A DNA stretch of 64,000 nucleotides from an uncultured Candidatus Saccharibacteria bacterium (GCA_964460855.1 CAYWQH010000004.1:39015-103014), one strand, 5' to 3'; positions 9,225 through 19,022 are shown, counted from the stretch's first letter. The notes: generated by a model not told the origin, from the letters alone. Program-made: numbers and translations.

Positions 9225-10829
9225 ATGTCAGCCAAGCCTGATACAAAGTTCATATTTGTCACAGGCGGCGTCCTCTCGGGCGTCGGCAAAGGCATCACCG
9301 CCGCTTCCATCGGCGCTATCCTTAAAGCCCGCGGGCTAAATGTAAACATCCAAAAGTGCGACCCTTATATTAATGTAGATGCCGGCACGCTGAACCCGGC
9401 GGAGCACGGCGAGTGCTTTGTTACGGCCGACGGCGCCGAAACCGACCTGGACCTAGGGCATTACGAACGATTTTTAGATATTGAGTTAACCCGGGCCGGC
9501 AGTTTAATGAGCGGGCGGGTGCTGAGCCAAGTTATAGAAGATGAACGCGCCGGCAAATACCTGGGCAAAACTGTCCAGATTATCCCGCATGTAACAAATG
9601 CCATTAAAGGCGGTATCCTGAATACTGCCGAAGGATTCGACGTCCATATCGTCGAAATTGGCGGTACGGTTGGCGATTACGAAAGCCTGGCCTTTATAGA
9701 AGCTATCCGCGAACTTAGCTTGCAATTGGGCAAGCAGCGGTGCTTATTCGTGCATGTAGTTTACCTGCCATATCTAGGGGCCAGCCGCGAGTTTAAGACC
9801 AAACCGGCCCAAAATGCCGTGCGCGAATTGCGGGGCTTGGGCATCGTGCCGGATATGCTAATTGCCCGCAGCGAATTACCGGCACCCGAAGAAGTTATTC
9901 CAAAATTGAGCTTATATAGCGGCGTCGAGCAAAGCAGCGTATTTTTGATGCCCAACGCCGCAACTATTTACGAAGTTCCGCTGTCGCTTTACGAAGCCGG
10001 CATGTCCGAAAAAGTCGCCCAAATACTGCAGCTGGCCCACAAACAGCCCGACATGAAAGTTTGGCAGCAGGTTGTTAAAAATGCCAGCAGCCAATACCCA
10101 AAAACGGTAAATGTCGGCGTTGTAGCCAAATACCTGCATAACCAGGACACTTATATGTCTGTGTTCGAAGCATTGCGCTCTGCCGCTTGGGCCGGAAAGG
10201 TAAATATTAATATCGAATGGGTGGACGCCGAAAAAATTTCAGCCCGAAACGCAAAAGCGGCATTAAGTAAATTAGATGGCATTATTGTGCCCGGCGGATT
10301 TGGCCAGCGCGGCCTGGAAGGTAAAATTGCCGCTGCCGGTTATGCTTTGGATAGTAAAAAGCCATACCTGGGCTTGTGCTTAGGCTTGCAAATGGCCGTG
10401 GTAGCCGCCGCCCGGCGGGCCGGCTTAAAACAAGCCAATACCACCGAAGCCGATCCTAAGACCCCGCACCCGGTAATCGCCACCATGGCCGACCAGGTCG
10501 GTAAAGAAAATACCGGCGGCTCAATGCGGCTGGGTAACTATCCGTGCGAACTCACAACCGGCAGCTTAGCGGCTAAAACTTATAAGGAATTAAATATTAC
10601 CGAACGCCACCGCCACCGTTATGAAGCCAATAACTTTTACCGGCCGCAATATAAAGAGTGGGGCATTACTGACAGCGGCCAATCGCCCGACGGATCACTT
10701 GTAGAAATGATCGAAGGGATAGGGCATCCTTACTTTATAGCAACCCAGGCCCACCCCGAATTTAAATCGCGGCCCAACCGCGCCCATCCCTTGTTTGCCG
10801 GCTTCATTGAGGCTTGCAAAAAAGCATAA
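9225..10829 (+). CDS. pyrG: CTP synthase
   Basis: AAGGAGG SD. Synthase domain motif GGVLSGVGKGI and glutaminase domain motifs GLCLGLQ and HPEF. Confidence 0.97.
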   Translation: MSAKPDTKFIFVTGGVLSGVGKGITAASIGAILKARGLNVNIQKCDPYINVDAGTLNPAEHGECFVTADGAETDLDLGHYERFLDIELTRAGSLMSGRVLSQVIEDERAGKYLGKTVQIIPHVTNAIKGGILNTAEGFDVHIVEIGGTVGDYESLAFIEAIRELSLQLGKQRCLFVHVVYLPYLGASREFKTKPAQNAVRELRGLGIVPDMLIARSELPAPEEVIPKLSLYSGVEQSSVFLMPNAATIYEVPLSLYEAGMSEKVAQILQLAHKQPDMKVWQQVVKNASSQYPKTVNVGVVAKYLHNQDTYMSVFEALRSAAWAGKVNINIEWVDAEKISARNAKAALSKLDGIIVPGGFGQRGLEGKIAAAGYALDSKKPYLGLCLGLQMAVVAAARRAGLKQANTTEADPKTPHPVIATMADQVGKENTGGSMRLGNYPCELTTGSLAAKTYKELNITERHRHRYEANNFYRPQYKEWGITDSGQSPDGSLVEMIEGIGHPYFIATQAHPEFKSRPNRAHPLFAGFIEACKKA

Positions 10830-10849
10830 ACTGCCTTAGCATAAGCCAT

Positions 10850-11446
10850 ATGGATACAGATCAGCCACACGATAACGCCGGCGACCCAATGCCAGCCAAC
10901 CCGCAGCCGGCAGCGCCCCAGCCAACCGAACTTCCAGGTGCTAACGGCGACCATATGCTGCCGCCCGACCAGGAACACCACGACCAGCCGCCAGCCGCGC
11001 AACCGGCCGCGCCCGCTAACCAGTTTGCCGAACCAATGCCCACGCCTCCGCCGGCAGCGCCAGCCAAAAGCGGCGGCCAAAAGAAAATTCTACTAGTCGA
11101 AGACGACGACGCATTGGCAAACGTTTATCAAATGCGCCTGGAGAACGAAGGCTTTGATATCCGCCGTGTGCCAAATGGCGAAGATGCCTTGCAGGCAGCC
11201 ATCGAATACAAACCGGACTTAATCCTGCTGGATGTTATGATGCCCAAAGTCAGCGGTTTTGACGTGCTCGATATCTTACGAAATACCCCCGAAACAGCCA
11301 AAGTTAAAGTTGTTATGCTAACCGCTTTGAGCCAGGAAACCGACCAGCAGCGCGCCAAAGAACTCGGCGTTAATGATTACTTGGTGAAATCCCAAGTTGT
11401 CATTGCCGACGTCGTCGACCGAATCAAATACAACCTTGGCATGTAA
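10850..11446 (+). CDS. Receiver-only response regulator with Pro/Gln-rich N-terminal extension
   Basis: ATG 10850 is preferred over the track TTG 10814, which overlaps pyrG. About 85 aa of low complexity is followed by a REC domain (VEDDD, DLILLDVMMP, conserved K). There is no output domain. Confidence 0.8.
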   Translation: MDTDQPHDNAGDPMPANPQPAAPQPTELPGANGDHMLPPDQEHHDQPPAAQPAAPANQFAEPMPTPPPAAPAKSGGQKKILLVEDDDALANVYQMRLENEGFDIRRVPNGEDALQAAIEYKPDLILLDVMMPKVSGFDVLDILRNTPETAKVKVVMLTALSQETDQQRAKELGVNDYLVKSQVVIADVVDRIKYNLGM

Positions 11447-11633
11447 CAAACCAACAGCAATCTCGGGACGATACGAAAACTAGAAGTTCGCTCAATCATA
11501 AAAGCAGGTGAAGCTGCGGAACTCGCAGCCTTTTATAGATTGAACTGCTCAAACATCCTCGCTTCTGCCAGCTTTTATAATTTCACTCTCTCTGTTTTCT
11601 CAAGTCCCTCGAAACGCTGTTGGTTTGTTACAT
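11441..11633. repeat. Long imperfect-palindrome element, copy 1
   Basis: A perfect 18-bp outer stem pairs 11441-11458 with 11616-11633. Inner arms are partly complementary. Core blocks GCTGCGGAACTCGC (11513-11526) and CTCAAACATCCTCGC (11548-11562) are shared with 62391-62560. Confidence 0.7.
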
Positions 11634-11663
11634 TAAATAACTAAAATGCGTTTAATACGTAAC

Positions 11664-11999
11664 TTAACCACTGAAACCGAAGTTAAACCAGCCGGCAATT
11701 GCACCAATAATAAATGCAGCAATAAGGGCAACAAATGGTACTGCCAGGTTAAGATATTTATTGCTTTTCTTTTGAATAAACAGGCCGCTACTGATAAAAA
11801 TCGCCGAAACCAAAATCACCATATTGTGGTCTCTATTTAGAAGTTGTTGGTTAAAATCGTAAGCGTTGCCATGGTAAACCAAATAATAATTATCTCCCCG
11901 CAAGAACCATAAAACACCGTTGTGGCTACCCTCTAAAATTATTAGCAATAAAGGAAGGGCAATGCCTATGGCTAGCAAAGTCCAGCCAAAATACTTCAT
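11664..11999 (-). CDS. Small multi-pass membrane protein, AT-rich, unknown function
   Basis: Three to four hydrophobic segments. ATG 11999 is preferred over the track TTG 12005. TATAGT ends 7 nt upstream of the ATG. Confidence 0.5.
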   Translation of the reverse strand: MKYFGWTLLAIGIALPLLLIILEGSHNGVLWFLRGDNYYLVYHGNAYDFNQQLLNRDHNMVILVSAIFISSGLFIQKKSNKYLNLAVPFVALIAAFIIGAIAGWFNFGFSG

Positions 12000-12042
12000 A
12001 GCCAAAACTATACTATAGCGTTAGCGTGTTGTACATTTACGG

Positions 12043-12315
12043 CTATTTAACGGTGACTTCTTTGCGCATCTCGCTGCGGCCGCTGTAGCGCTTGACGCGC
12101 CGGGTATTGAATTCAACAATGCCGTCTTTGGCGGCATGAATGGTAAAATCACGGCTGATGAAAGTGCCGGTACCGGGGCGCTTGGTCATGCCGATTTGGC
12201 GTACGATAACCTGGCCGGTCTTAACTTTTTGGCCGCCATAAATCTTAACCCCTAACCGCTGGCCGGGGCTGTCATGGACGTTTTTGCTGGAACCGCCAGC
12301 CTTAACTTTACTCAT
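12043..12315 (-). CDS. rpmA: 50S ribosomal protein L27
   Basis: GGSSKNVHDSPGQRLGVK and the overall L27 pattern, 90 aa. Confidence 0.93.
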   Translation of the reverse strand: MSKVKAGGSSKNVHDSPGQRLGVKIYGGQKVKTGQVIVRQIGMTKRPGTGTFISRDFTIHAAKDGIVEFNTRRVKRYSGRSEMRKEVTVK

Positions 12316-12321
12316 GTCGCG

Positions 12322-13512
12322 CTACTTTCTTTGTAATAATACTAATTCACGGGCCACGAATTGTTGCGGCCGGTGGTAAATTAACCCACTGTTTTCAACG
12401 TGAACAAAACTTAAACGATTATAGCCTATATCTGTTAATTTATCAATATTTAAAGCCGGCAAACGTTCGAAATTATTTCCGGAGCGCCAAGCCGGCACAG
12501 CCAGGCAAAGCCGGGTGCCTTTATTAAGTTGGCCATGTATGTTGGCCAAAAAGCCGGTTAATAAATCATTAACTTCAGCGGCAATAGTTCGCAGCTGTTC
12601 GCCGGGCAGCTGGCGGTGCAGGGGAGCGCCCAAAAATATTTCGCTGGCAATCAGGTTTATTGGCTCCGGCCAGCGGTGGCTGCGGGCGTCGCCGGTTTCG
12701 AATTTGGCCGGCAGGTTGGGGCCGAGCTGGCTTTTTTGGGCAAGCCAACTGATATTTTGTTCGCTGTATTGGACCATTCGCGGGTCAATATCGGTTCCGG
12801 TAACGCCGTAACCCATTAGCAGGGCTTCTTGCATAATTACGCCGGTGCCGCAAAACGGGTCAAGTAATATTGCCGGCGGTTTTAGGCTGCCGGCAGCCAG
12901 GTTAATAATTATTTGCGCCAATTTAGGCGGCAGCATGCCGACTTTAGCATCGCGGTGGGGGCGCAGCTGGTCGCGGGCGGTATAGGCGTCTATATCTTGA
13001 ACAAAAAGGGTTTGGGCTAAAACCGTTTGGTTTTTATGCCTAATGGCCAACAATTCCCAAGCTCCGCGGCTGGTCAGGCGGTTATGCAGCACCTGGGCGC
13101 TGTTTAAATCGGCAGATTTATTAGGTACGATCCTTACCGGCCGCCCGGATTTTCTTATAAGTTTTTTAAGCTTTAAGAGCGATATGTTAACGGTTTGGGC
13201 GCCGGCCAGGCCGCCGTAAGCGCTCAATCCGAGGGTAAATTTGCCGTCCGGCAAATGCGTTAGGTGCCTGGGAATATTTTCGGCCAGGTAGGCTTCGATA
13301 TCCGCCCATTTGGTGGTGGGCAGGTAAGTTAAAACTTTGGCTAATTTAATTGTGCCGCCCAGCCGCTTGAAGTCTATTTGCTCGCAAGGCAGTTTACTAA
13401 GCAACCCATGCTCTATGGGCAGAATAGAATCGGCGCCGTACAGGCTTTCAAATTCCGCCACTCCTAGCCCCGGTTGCCGGCCCAGGATGGCCACCGCCTT
13501 AAATTGTTCCAT
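12322..13512 (-). CDS. Putative SAM-dependent methyltransferase (Trm11/UPF0020-like)
   Basis: Motif I DPFCGTGVIMQEA sits in the C-terminal half after an N-terminal non-catalytic domain. The substrate cannot be assigned. Confidence 0.65.
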   Translation of the reverse strand: MEQFKAVAILGRQPGLGVAEFESLYGADSILPIEHGLLSKLPCEQIDFKRLGGTIKLAKVLTYLPTTKWADIEAYLAENIPRHLTHLPDGKFTLGLSAYGGLAGAQTVNISLLKLKKLIRKSGRPVRIVPNKSADLNSAQVLHNRLTSRGAWELLAIRHKNQTVLAQTLFVQDIDAYTARDQLRPHRDAKVGMLPPKLAQIIINLAAGSLKPPAILLDPFCGTGVIMQEALLMGYGVTGTDIDPRMVQYSEQNISWLAQKSQLGPNLPAKFETGDARSHRWPEPINLIASEIFLGAPLHRQLPGEQLRTIAAEVNDLLTGFLANIHGQLNKGTRLCLAVPAWRSGNNFERLPALNIDKLTDIGYNRLSFVHVENSGLIYHRPQQFVARELVLLQRK

Positions 13513-13558
13513 AGCGTAAGTATACCGTTTTGGGCCAGTCTTTCGATATAATTAGGGA

Positions 13559-14629
13559 ATGCTTGAAGATACCATCCCGCAACAGTCGGGCCCCAGCTCA
13601 CGGTGGAAAAAAATCCTAACGGTTGTAACACTTCTGGCGATGGCCGCTTTAGCCTTTACGCTGCGCGGCCAAATTGCCGACGTAATTGATAATTTCCGTA
13701 AAGTTAACTTATATTTTTTGTGGCTGATGATTCCGCTGCAAATATTAAATTACGATGCTTACGCCAGGCTTTACCGGGAATTCTTTAAGATATTAGGCTC
13801 CAAAGTTAAATACAGCGACATGTTCAAGCTCAGCCTGGAGTTAAATATGGTGAACCACCTGCTGCCTAGCGGCGGCGTTAGCGGCATCAGTTATTTCAGC
13901 CTGCGGATGAAGTCTTTCGGCGTCAGTACCGCCCGCTCTACGCTTGCCCAGGTTATGAAATTCGCCCTGGTGTTTGTCAGCTTCCAAATACTTCTGGCTT
14001 TTGGCTTGCTGGCTTTGGCTATCCGCGGCCACGCCAGTAACTTAATGATATTAATCGCCGGGTCGTTGTCGACACTACTATTTGTGGGTACCGGCATTAG
14101 TATTTATGTGATAGAAGATAAAAAGCGCATCAAATCGTTTTTATTGGCCGTTACCCGGCTGCTTAACCGCATACTTCATGTTTTCCGGCGCAAAAATCCC
14201 GAAACGTTTAATGTCAGCCGGGCCCAGGACGTTTTTGAAGAGCTGCACGATAATTACGTTTTAATGAAACATAGATGGACCGAGCTGCGCCGGCCGTTGT
14301 TTTTCTCTTTGGTAGCTAATATTACCGAGGTACTCACCGTTTATGTAGTCTTTTTGGCATTCGGCGAAAAAGTTAATATCGGGGCCGTTATAATCGCCTA
14401 TGCCATAGCAAATTTTGCCGGCCTGCTGTCTGTGCTGCCGGGCGGCATCGGAGTTTACGAAGCCTTAATGACGGCCACGCTGGCGGCAACTGGCGTCGAA
14501 GCGTCTCTCAGCATCCCGGTAATAATAATGTATAGGGTATTAAACATCGGCCTGCAGCTGCCGCCGGGGTATTACTATTACCATAAAGCGATCCAGAGCG
14601 GCGGTTTCGAAGTCCAAAAAAATGCCTGA
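13559..14629 (+). CDS. Flippase-like / lysyl-phosphatidylglycerol-synthase-TM-type (UPF0104) membrane protein
   Basis: About 8 TM helices and a conserved PGGIGVYE-type motif near the C-terminus. TATAAT at 13547-13552 lies 6 nt before the ATG. Confidence 0.7.
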   Translation: MLEDTIPQQSGPSSRWKKILTVVTLLAMAALAFTLRGQIADVIDNFRKVNLYFLWLMIPLQILNYDAYARLYREFFKILGSKVKYSDMFKLSLELNMVNHLLPSGGVSGISYFSLRMKSFGVSTARSTLAQVMKFALVFVSFQILLAFGLLALAIRGHASNLMILIAGSLSTLLFVGTGISIYVIEDKKRIKSFLLAVTRLLNRILHVFRRKNPETFNVSRAQDVFEELHDNYVLMKHRWTELRRPLFFSLVANITEVLTVYVVFLAFGEKVNIGAVIIAYAIANFAGLLSVLPGGIGVYEALMTATLAATGVEASLSIPVIIMYRVLNIGLQLPPGYYYYHKAIQSGGFEVQKNA

Positions 14630-15731
14630 TATTATCTACACTCCATCGCTGTTCGTCGGCGCATTTAACCAGGTAGCCGAAGCCAGTTTCGGATCGGTAA
14701 TTTTAGAAGGTGAGATCGCCAATTTTAAGATCAGCAAGAACCGCTGGGTGTATTTTGATTTAAAAGACGAATCGGCCAGCTTACGGTGTTTTGGCGCGGT
14801 ATATATGCTGCCGGGCCCTCTGCAGGATGGACTTAGCGTAAGGCTGCGCGGCCAACCCCGGCTGCATGCCCAGTTCGGATTTAGCATTAACTTGCAGGCC
14901 ATTGTGCCGGTTGGTGAAGGTTCGCTTCGCAAAGCGGCCCAACTGCTTTTCGAAATGCTGCAAAAAGAAGGCTTATTTGCGGCGGAACGCAAGCGTACTT
15001 TGCCAACGGCGCCCGAAACAATCGCATTAATTACTTCGGCCGAATCGGCCGCCTTTGCTGATTTTATTAAAATTCTCAATGAGCGCTGGGGCGGGGTACA
15101 GGTTAGCTTGCTCGATGTCCAGGTACAGGGCGAATCGGCGCCGGCCCAAATTGAGGCCGCCATAAATTATTTCAACCGGCACGGGGCCGACGAAGAAGTG
15201 CTGGTAATTACCCGCGGCGGCGGCAGCGCAGACGATTTGGCAGCTTTTAGCGACGAGCGGGTGGTGAGGGCGATAGCCGCTAGCCGCATCCCAACATTGG
15301 TTGCTATCGGCCATGAAGTGGACGAAAGCCTGGCTGAGCTGGCTGCAGACGCCCGGGCCAGCACACCCAGCAATGCCGCCCAAATATTAGTGCCGGACAA
15401 ACAGCACGTTCGGGTCCAACTGCAATTGCTGGCCGAAAATTTAGATAATAAGATAACCCAGCAAATATTTGACTTGCGGCGCGAGGCTGGTTTGGCGGCG
15501 AATGATACCGACCATCTTATACTGGAAATTCTCGAAAATTACCGCCGGCAAATGTCACAAAGCAGCCGCTTATTAGATGTTTTAGACCCCCGGGCCGCAC
15601 TATTGCGGGGCTACGCGCTGGTAAGGGACGGCAACCGCCAGTTAATCCGCAGCGCCGGACAAGTTGGCGCCGGGCAAGACATAACAATCAGCTGGCACGA
15701 TGGTACAATACATGCCAAAGCAGGGAAGTAA
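14622..15731 (+). CDS. xseA: Exodeoxyribonuclease VII large subunit
   Basis: N-terminal OB fold and catalytic core motifs ITRGGGS and GHEVD. Overlaps the upstream gene by 8 nt. Confidence 0.9.
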   Translation: MPDIIYTPSLFVGAFNQVAEASFGSVILEGEIANFKISKNRWVYFDLKDESASLRCFGAVYMLPGPLQDGLSVRLRGQPRLHAQFGFSINLQAIVPVGEGSLRKAAQLLFEMLQKEGLFAAERKRTLPTAPETIALITSAESAAFADFIKILNERWGGVQVSLLDVQVQGESAPAQIEAAINYFNRHGADEEVLVITRGGGSADDLAAFSDERVVRAIAASRIPTLVAIGHEVDESLAELAADARASTPSNAAQILVPDKQHVRVQLQLLAENLDNKITQQIFDLRREAGLAANDTDHLILEILENYRRQMSQSSRLLDVLDPRAALLRGYALVRDGNRQLIRSAGQVGAGQDITISWHDGTIHAKAGK

Positions 15732-15940
15732 TGGCTAAAAAACCCACACCGTTTAAGAGTTATAAAATACTGCGCGCCGAACTGGATGAGATATTAATGT
15801 GGTTCGAAACTGAAAACATCGACCTCGACGAAGCCGTAGTTAAATACCAGCAGGCCAGGCAACTGGTGGCCGAAATAGAAAAGTACCTGGACCATACCGA
15901 GAATAAGGTAAAAAGCATCAAAGCCAAATTTGAGTTATGA
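15731..15940 (+). CDS. xseB: Exodeoxyribonuclease VII small subunit
   Basis: A 69-aa helical protein immediately after xseA, with the characteristic EE..LEEIV..LE-like pattern. Confidence 0.85.
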   Translation: MAKKPTPFKSYKILRAELDEILMWFETENIDLDEAVVKYQQARQLVAEIEKYLDHTENKVKSIKAKFEL

Positions 15941-16428
15941 GCTGGCTGTTTATTGCCGCCGGTTTAATTATTTTTTGCTTTGGGTTCGTAATTTTCTTTG
16001 GCGCGCCATATTTGCCAACTTTAAAACCGCAGCAGCAAGCGGCGCTGGACTTGCTCGATTTAAAGCCGGGCGACTTGCTGCTGGAGTTTGGCAGCGGTGA
16101 CGGCCGGATGCTGGCCGCCGCCGCCCGCCGTGATATCCGCTGCGTTGGCTACGAGCTTAACCCGCTGCTCTTTCTCATAAGCTGGGTCAGGCTGTGGCGT
16201 TGGCGCCGACTGGCCAGAGTTAAGCTGGCAAGTTTTTGGCGGGCAGATATCACCCAAGCCGACGCTATTTTTGTGTTTTTGCTGGATAAGTACATGCCCA
16301 AATTAGACGCTATGCTAGACCGGCAAAAACACCGGCCCGGGCTTAAGCTCGCCAGCTATACTTTTCAAATTACCAACCGTAAAGTTAAAAAAAGCCGGCT
16401 GGGCGTATTTCTATACGAATACAAGTAA
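15937..16428 (+). CDS. Membrane-anchored class I SAM-dependent methyltransferase
   Basis: ATGA overlap with xseB. N-terminal TM helix followed by motif I LLEFGSGDGR. Confidence 0.65.
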   Translation: MSWLFIAAGLIIFCFGFVIFFGAPYLPTLKPQQQAALDLLDLKPGDLLLEFGSGDGRMLAAAARRDIRCVGYELNPLLFLISWVRLWRWRRLARVKLASFWRADITQADAIFVFLLDKYMPKLDAMLDRQKHRPGLKLASYTFQITNRKVKKSRLGVFLYEYK

Positions 16429-16467
16429 ATTTGCGCCGCAATAGCCTATAAGTTAGCATAAGCATAT

Positions 16468-17139
16468 ATGAAAAATAACCAATCCGGTTCATCGGTTGTT
16501 GTAGTGGTGATGCTGGTGGCGATGACTTTGCTGTTTATCGTGGCTGCCGGGCTAGCCGGCTGGGCTTACTCGCAGCGCAGCGATTATAAAAATAACAGCG
16601 ACCAGAAAGCCCAGGCCGCGGTAGCCGCCGCTACAGCCGCCCAAAAAGTAAAGCTGGATAAAGATTATGCCGAGCAGGCCAAATCGCCGGTTAAAACTTA
16701 CGTTTCACCAGAAGAATACGGTACTGTAACTTTTAGCTACCCCAAAACGTGGAGCGCCTATATAGATGATTCCGGTACAAATTCCGGGATACCGGTCAAC
16801 GGATATTTATACCCTAATGTGGTACCTGAGTTACTGCATACCTCGTTCGCGCTGCGCGTACAAGTAATACCCAATAGCTACGACCAGGAAATCAAGCAAT
16901 ACGACAATTTAATTAAATCTGGCAAGTCCAGGGCCATGGCCTATAAACCTGCCAAACTGGCCAGCAACGCCAAGTTGCTGCCCGGCACCCGCATAGAAGG
17001 CCAGATAGAATCGGACAAACAGGGGATATTAATCATCGTACCAGTGCGCGACAAAACGCTTAAAGTCTGGACCGAAGCCAAAGACTTCTACAACGACTTC
17101 AACAACATAGTATTACCTAGTCTTACCTATACTCCGTAG
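16468..17139 (+). CDS. Membrane-anchored extracytoplasmic protein, unknown function
   Basis: A single N-terminal TM helix (VVVVMLVAMTLLFIVAAGLAGWAY). No motif recognised. Confidence 0.5.
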   Translation: MKNNQSGSSVVVVVMLVAMTLLFIVAAGLAGWAYSQRSDYKNNSDQKAQAAVAAATAAQKVKLDKDYAEQAKSPVKTYVSPEEYGTVTFSYPKTWSAYIDDSGTNSGIPVNGYLYPNVVPELLHTSFALRVQVIPNSYDQEIKQYDNLIKSGKSRAMAYKPAKLASNAKLLPGTRIEGQIESDKQGILIIVPVRDKTLKVWTEAKDFYNDFNNIVLPSLTYTP

Positions 17140-17219
17140 TGATTAGCGCAATATGCTAAGCCGTTGCCGGTTGGTATACTGGAAGTAATTGACATAATTC
17201 GGGGGAAATTTAGGGGTTG

Positions 17220-17942
17220 ATGGAGACCATGCCGGATAAATACCAACAAGCATTATTAATCGGCCTGGCCCACGACCTTAAACTGCCTTTTTTGCAGCTG
17301 CAAAACCAGCTCGAACTTCTGCAGCAATCCGATCCACGGCTGGCCGGTAATTTGGATTCATTAGAATCCAGCGTGCAATATGGGCTACAGCTGCTGGACA
17401 GTTACGCCCTGGCGTTGGAGCTGCAAAAAAACGGCCGCCAGATGTTGCTGGAGCCTTATGGCACCGGGGCAGTATTGCAGGATGCCGCCCAGCTGCTGGA
17501 CAGTTACGCCAAACAGTACCAAACCCAAATTCAAATTGATAATACGGCCATCGCCCGGCCGGTAATGCTGCACCGCCAAAGCTTTACGGCGGCGCTATAT
17601 TGCCTGGGCATGAGTTTGATACGAGCCCAGATTAGCCAGGGAATCAAAACCAAAGACAGAATCATAGTGATCGGCGCCCACGACCTGCACGGCGGCCGGC
17701 TGGCGGCCGGGGTATTCGGCTCAGCCGAGGGTATAAATAAAGCTGCTTTGCGTACGGCCCGGCATTTGCAGGGCCTGGCCCGCCAGCCGCTGCAAAGCAT
17801 CGGCGCCGGTTCGGCTAGCGGCATATTCGTAGCCGAGCAGTTAATAAAAGCCATGCACGACCGGCTGCATGCCGCGCACCACAATAATCGCCCGGGCCTG
17901 GCCGCCCATCTTATTATCAGCCACCAAACCCAATTATTTTAG
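17220..17942 (+). CDS. Soluble histidine-kinase-like protein with degenerate ATP-binding domain
   Basis: H-box LAHDLKLP is present and there is no TM segment. The region where N, G1 (DxGxG) and G2 boxes are expected is degenerate (GVFGSAEGI, SIGAGSASGIF). ATG 17220 follows an AGGGG SD. Confidence 0.6.
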   Translation: METMPDKYQQALLIGLAHDLKLPFLQLQNQLELLQQSDPRLAGNLDSLESSVQYGLQLLDSYALALELQKNGRQMLLEPYGTGAVLQDAAQLLDSYAKQYQTQIQIDNTAIARPVMLHRQSFTAALYCLGMSLIRAQISQGIKTKDRIIVIGAHDLHGGRLAAGVFGSAEGINKAALRTARHLQGLARQPLQSIGAGSASGIFVAEQLIKAMHDRLHAAHHNNRPGLAAHLIISHQTQLF

Positions 17943-17952
17943 CGAGGCAAAC

Positions 17953-18339
17953 TTGGCCCAAATACTGTTAATCGAACCGGACTTAATCCTAGCCATGACG
18001 GCCAGGAAGTTTTTAGAAAATCTTGGGCATGAGGTCCATTGGCGGGCCGATGCCCAGTCGGCCATCAATAGCGCCGACGAAACGGCGCCTGATGTAGTGG
18101 TTATGGAGCTGCAGCTGGCCCAGCACAGCGGCATGGAGTTTTTGTTTGAATTCCGCAGTTACCCCGAATGGCAGCGGGTACCTATAATTGTTATTAGTGA
18201 TTTGCCGCCCAAACAATTAAACATTAGCAGCCCGGCCTGGAAGCAGCTCGACATTGCCGCTTATTTTTATAAACCAAAAGCCAAGCTGGTACATATTGCC
18301 AACGCCATAGACAAAGCCGTAGAACAGCCCAGCCGATGA
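17953..18339 (+). CDS. Receiver-like (pseudo-receiver) protein
   Basis: TTG 17953 after a GAGG SD is preferred over track start 17869, which overlaps the upstream gene by 74 nt. REC fold pattern, but Glu sits at the expected phospho-Asp position (VVVMELQL) and the acidic pocket reads EPD. Confidence 0.55.
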   Translation: MAQILLIEPDLILAMTARKFLENLGHEVHWRADAQSAINSADETAPDVVVMELQLAQHSGMEFLFEFRSYPEWQRVPIIVISDLPPKQLNISSPAWKQLDIAAYFYKPKAKLVHIANAIDKAVEQPSR

Positions 18340-19022
18340 ACAGCATCGTTACGACCGGCATTATCCTAACCCGGGTGGATTATGCCGAAACCGACCGCAT
18401 TATATCTTTTATAACCCCCGACCAGGGCAAAATAAGCGCCATGGTGCGCGGCGCCCGCAAAACCCAAAGCAAAATGGCCGGCGGCATAGAACTATTTTGT
18501 ATTTCGGAAATCACCTATATTAAAGGCCGCAAAGAACTGGACACTTTAATATCGGCCAGGCTAAAGACCCATTTCGGCAATATTAACAAAGACTACGAGC
18601 GGACCATGTTGGGGTATGAAATGCTAAAGGCCATCCAAAAAGTAACCGAACAGCACGCCGAGCCGGGGCATTTTGAATTAATACAGCAGGCGCTAGGAGC
18701 CTTAAACGATACGTCGCTTAGCCGCGAGCTAGCTGGCGCCTGGTTTTATACCCGTCTATTAAAGTTAGAAGGCCGGTTGCCGCAGCTGCAATTATCGGCT
18801 GATGGCCGCAAGTTAGAGGCTGCCGACCATTTTTCGTTTGATTTTACGAAAATGTCGTTTGCCGAAACCGGCGATGGCCAGTTCGGCGTAAACCACATAA
18901 AGTTTTTGCGCCTAGCTGCCGGCCAGCCTTGGCAAAAATTAAGCCAAGTAAAAACCGACAACCGTTTATTAACCGATGTTTACGAGCTGGCTAAGCAAAT
19001 CCACCAGTTCGCCGGCACTTAA
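18336..19022 (+). CDS. recO: DNA repair protein RecO
   Basis: ATGA-coupled to the upstream gene. N-terminal OB-fold pattern (GIILTRVDYAETDRII) and typical length. Confidence 0.85.
   Translation: MNSIVTTGIILTRVDYAETDRIISFITPDQGKISAMVRGARKTQSKMAGGIELFCISEITYIKGRKELDTLISARLKTHFGNINKDYERTMLGYEMLKAIQKVTEQHAEPGHFELIQQALGALNDTSLSRELAGAWFYTRLLKLEGRLPQLQLSADGRKLEAADHFSFDFTKMSFAETGDGQFGVNHIKFLRLAAGQPWQKLSQVKTDNRLLTDVYELAKQIHQFAGT

Noticed and set aside
10814-10849. ORF-track start codons at 10814, 25569, 44086, 44784, 60615, 60743, 17869 and 25566
   Set aside because: These are non-ATG or upstream starts that overlap neighbouring genes or lie upstream of the gene's own promoter. Downstream ATG, GTG or TTG codons with an SD, or with conserved N-terminal motifs, were preferred.
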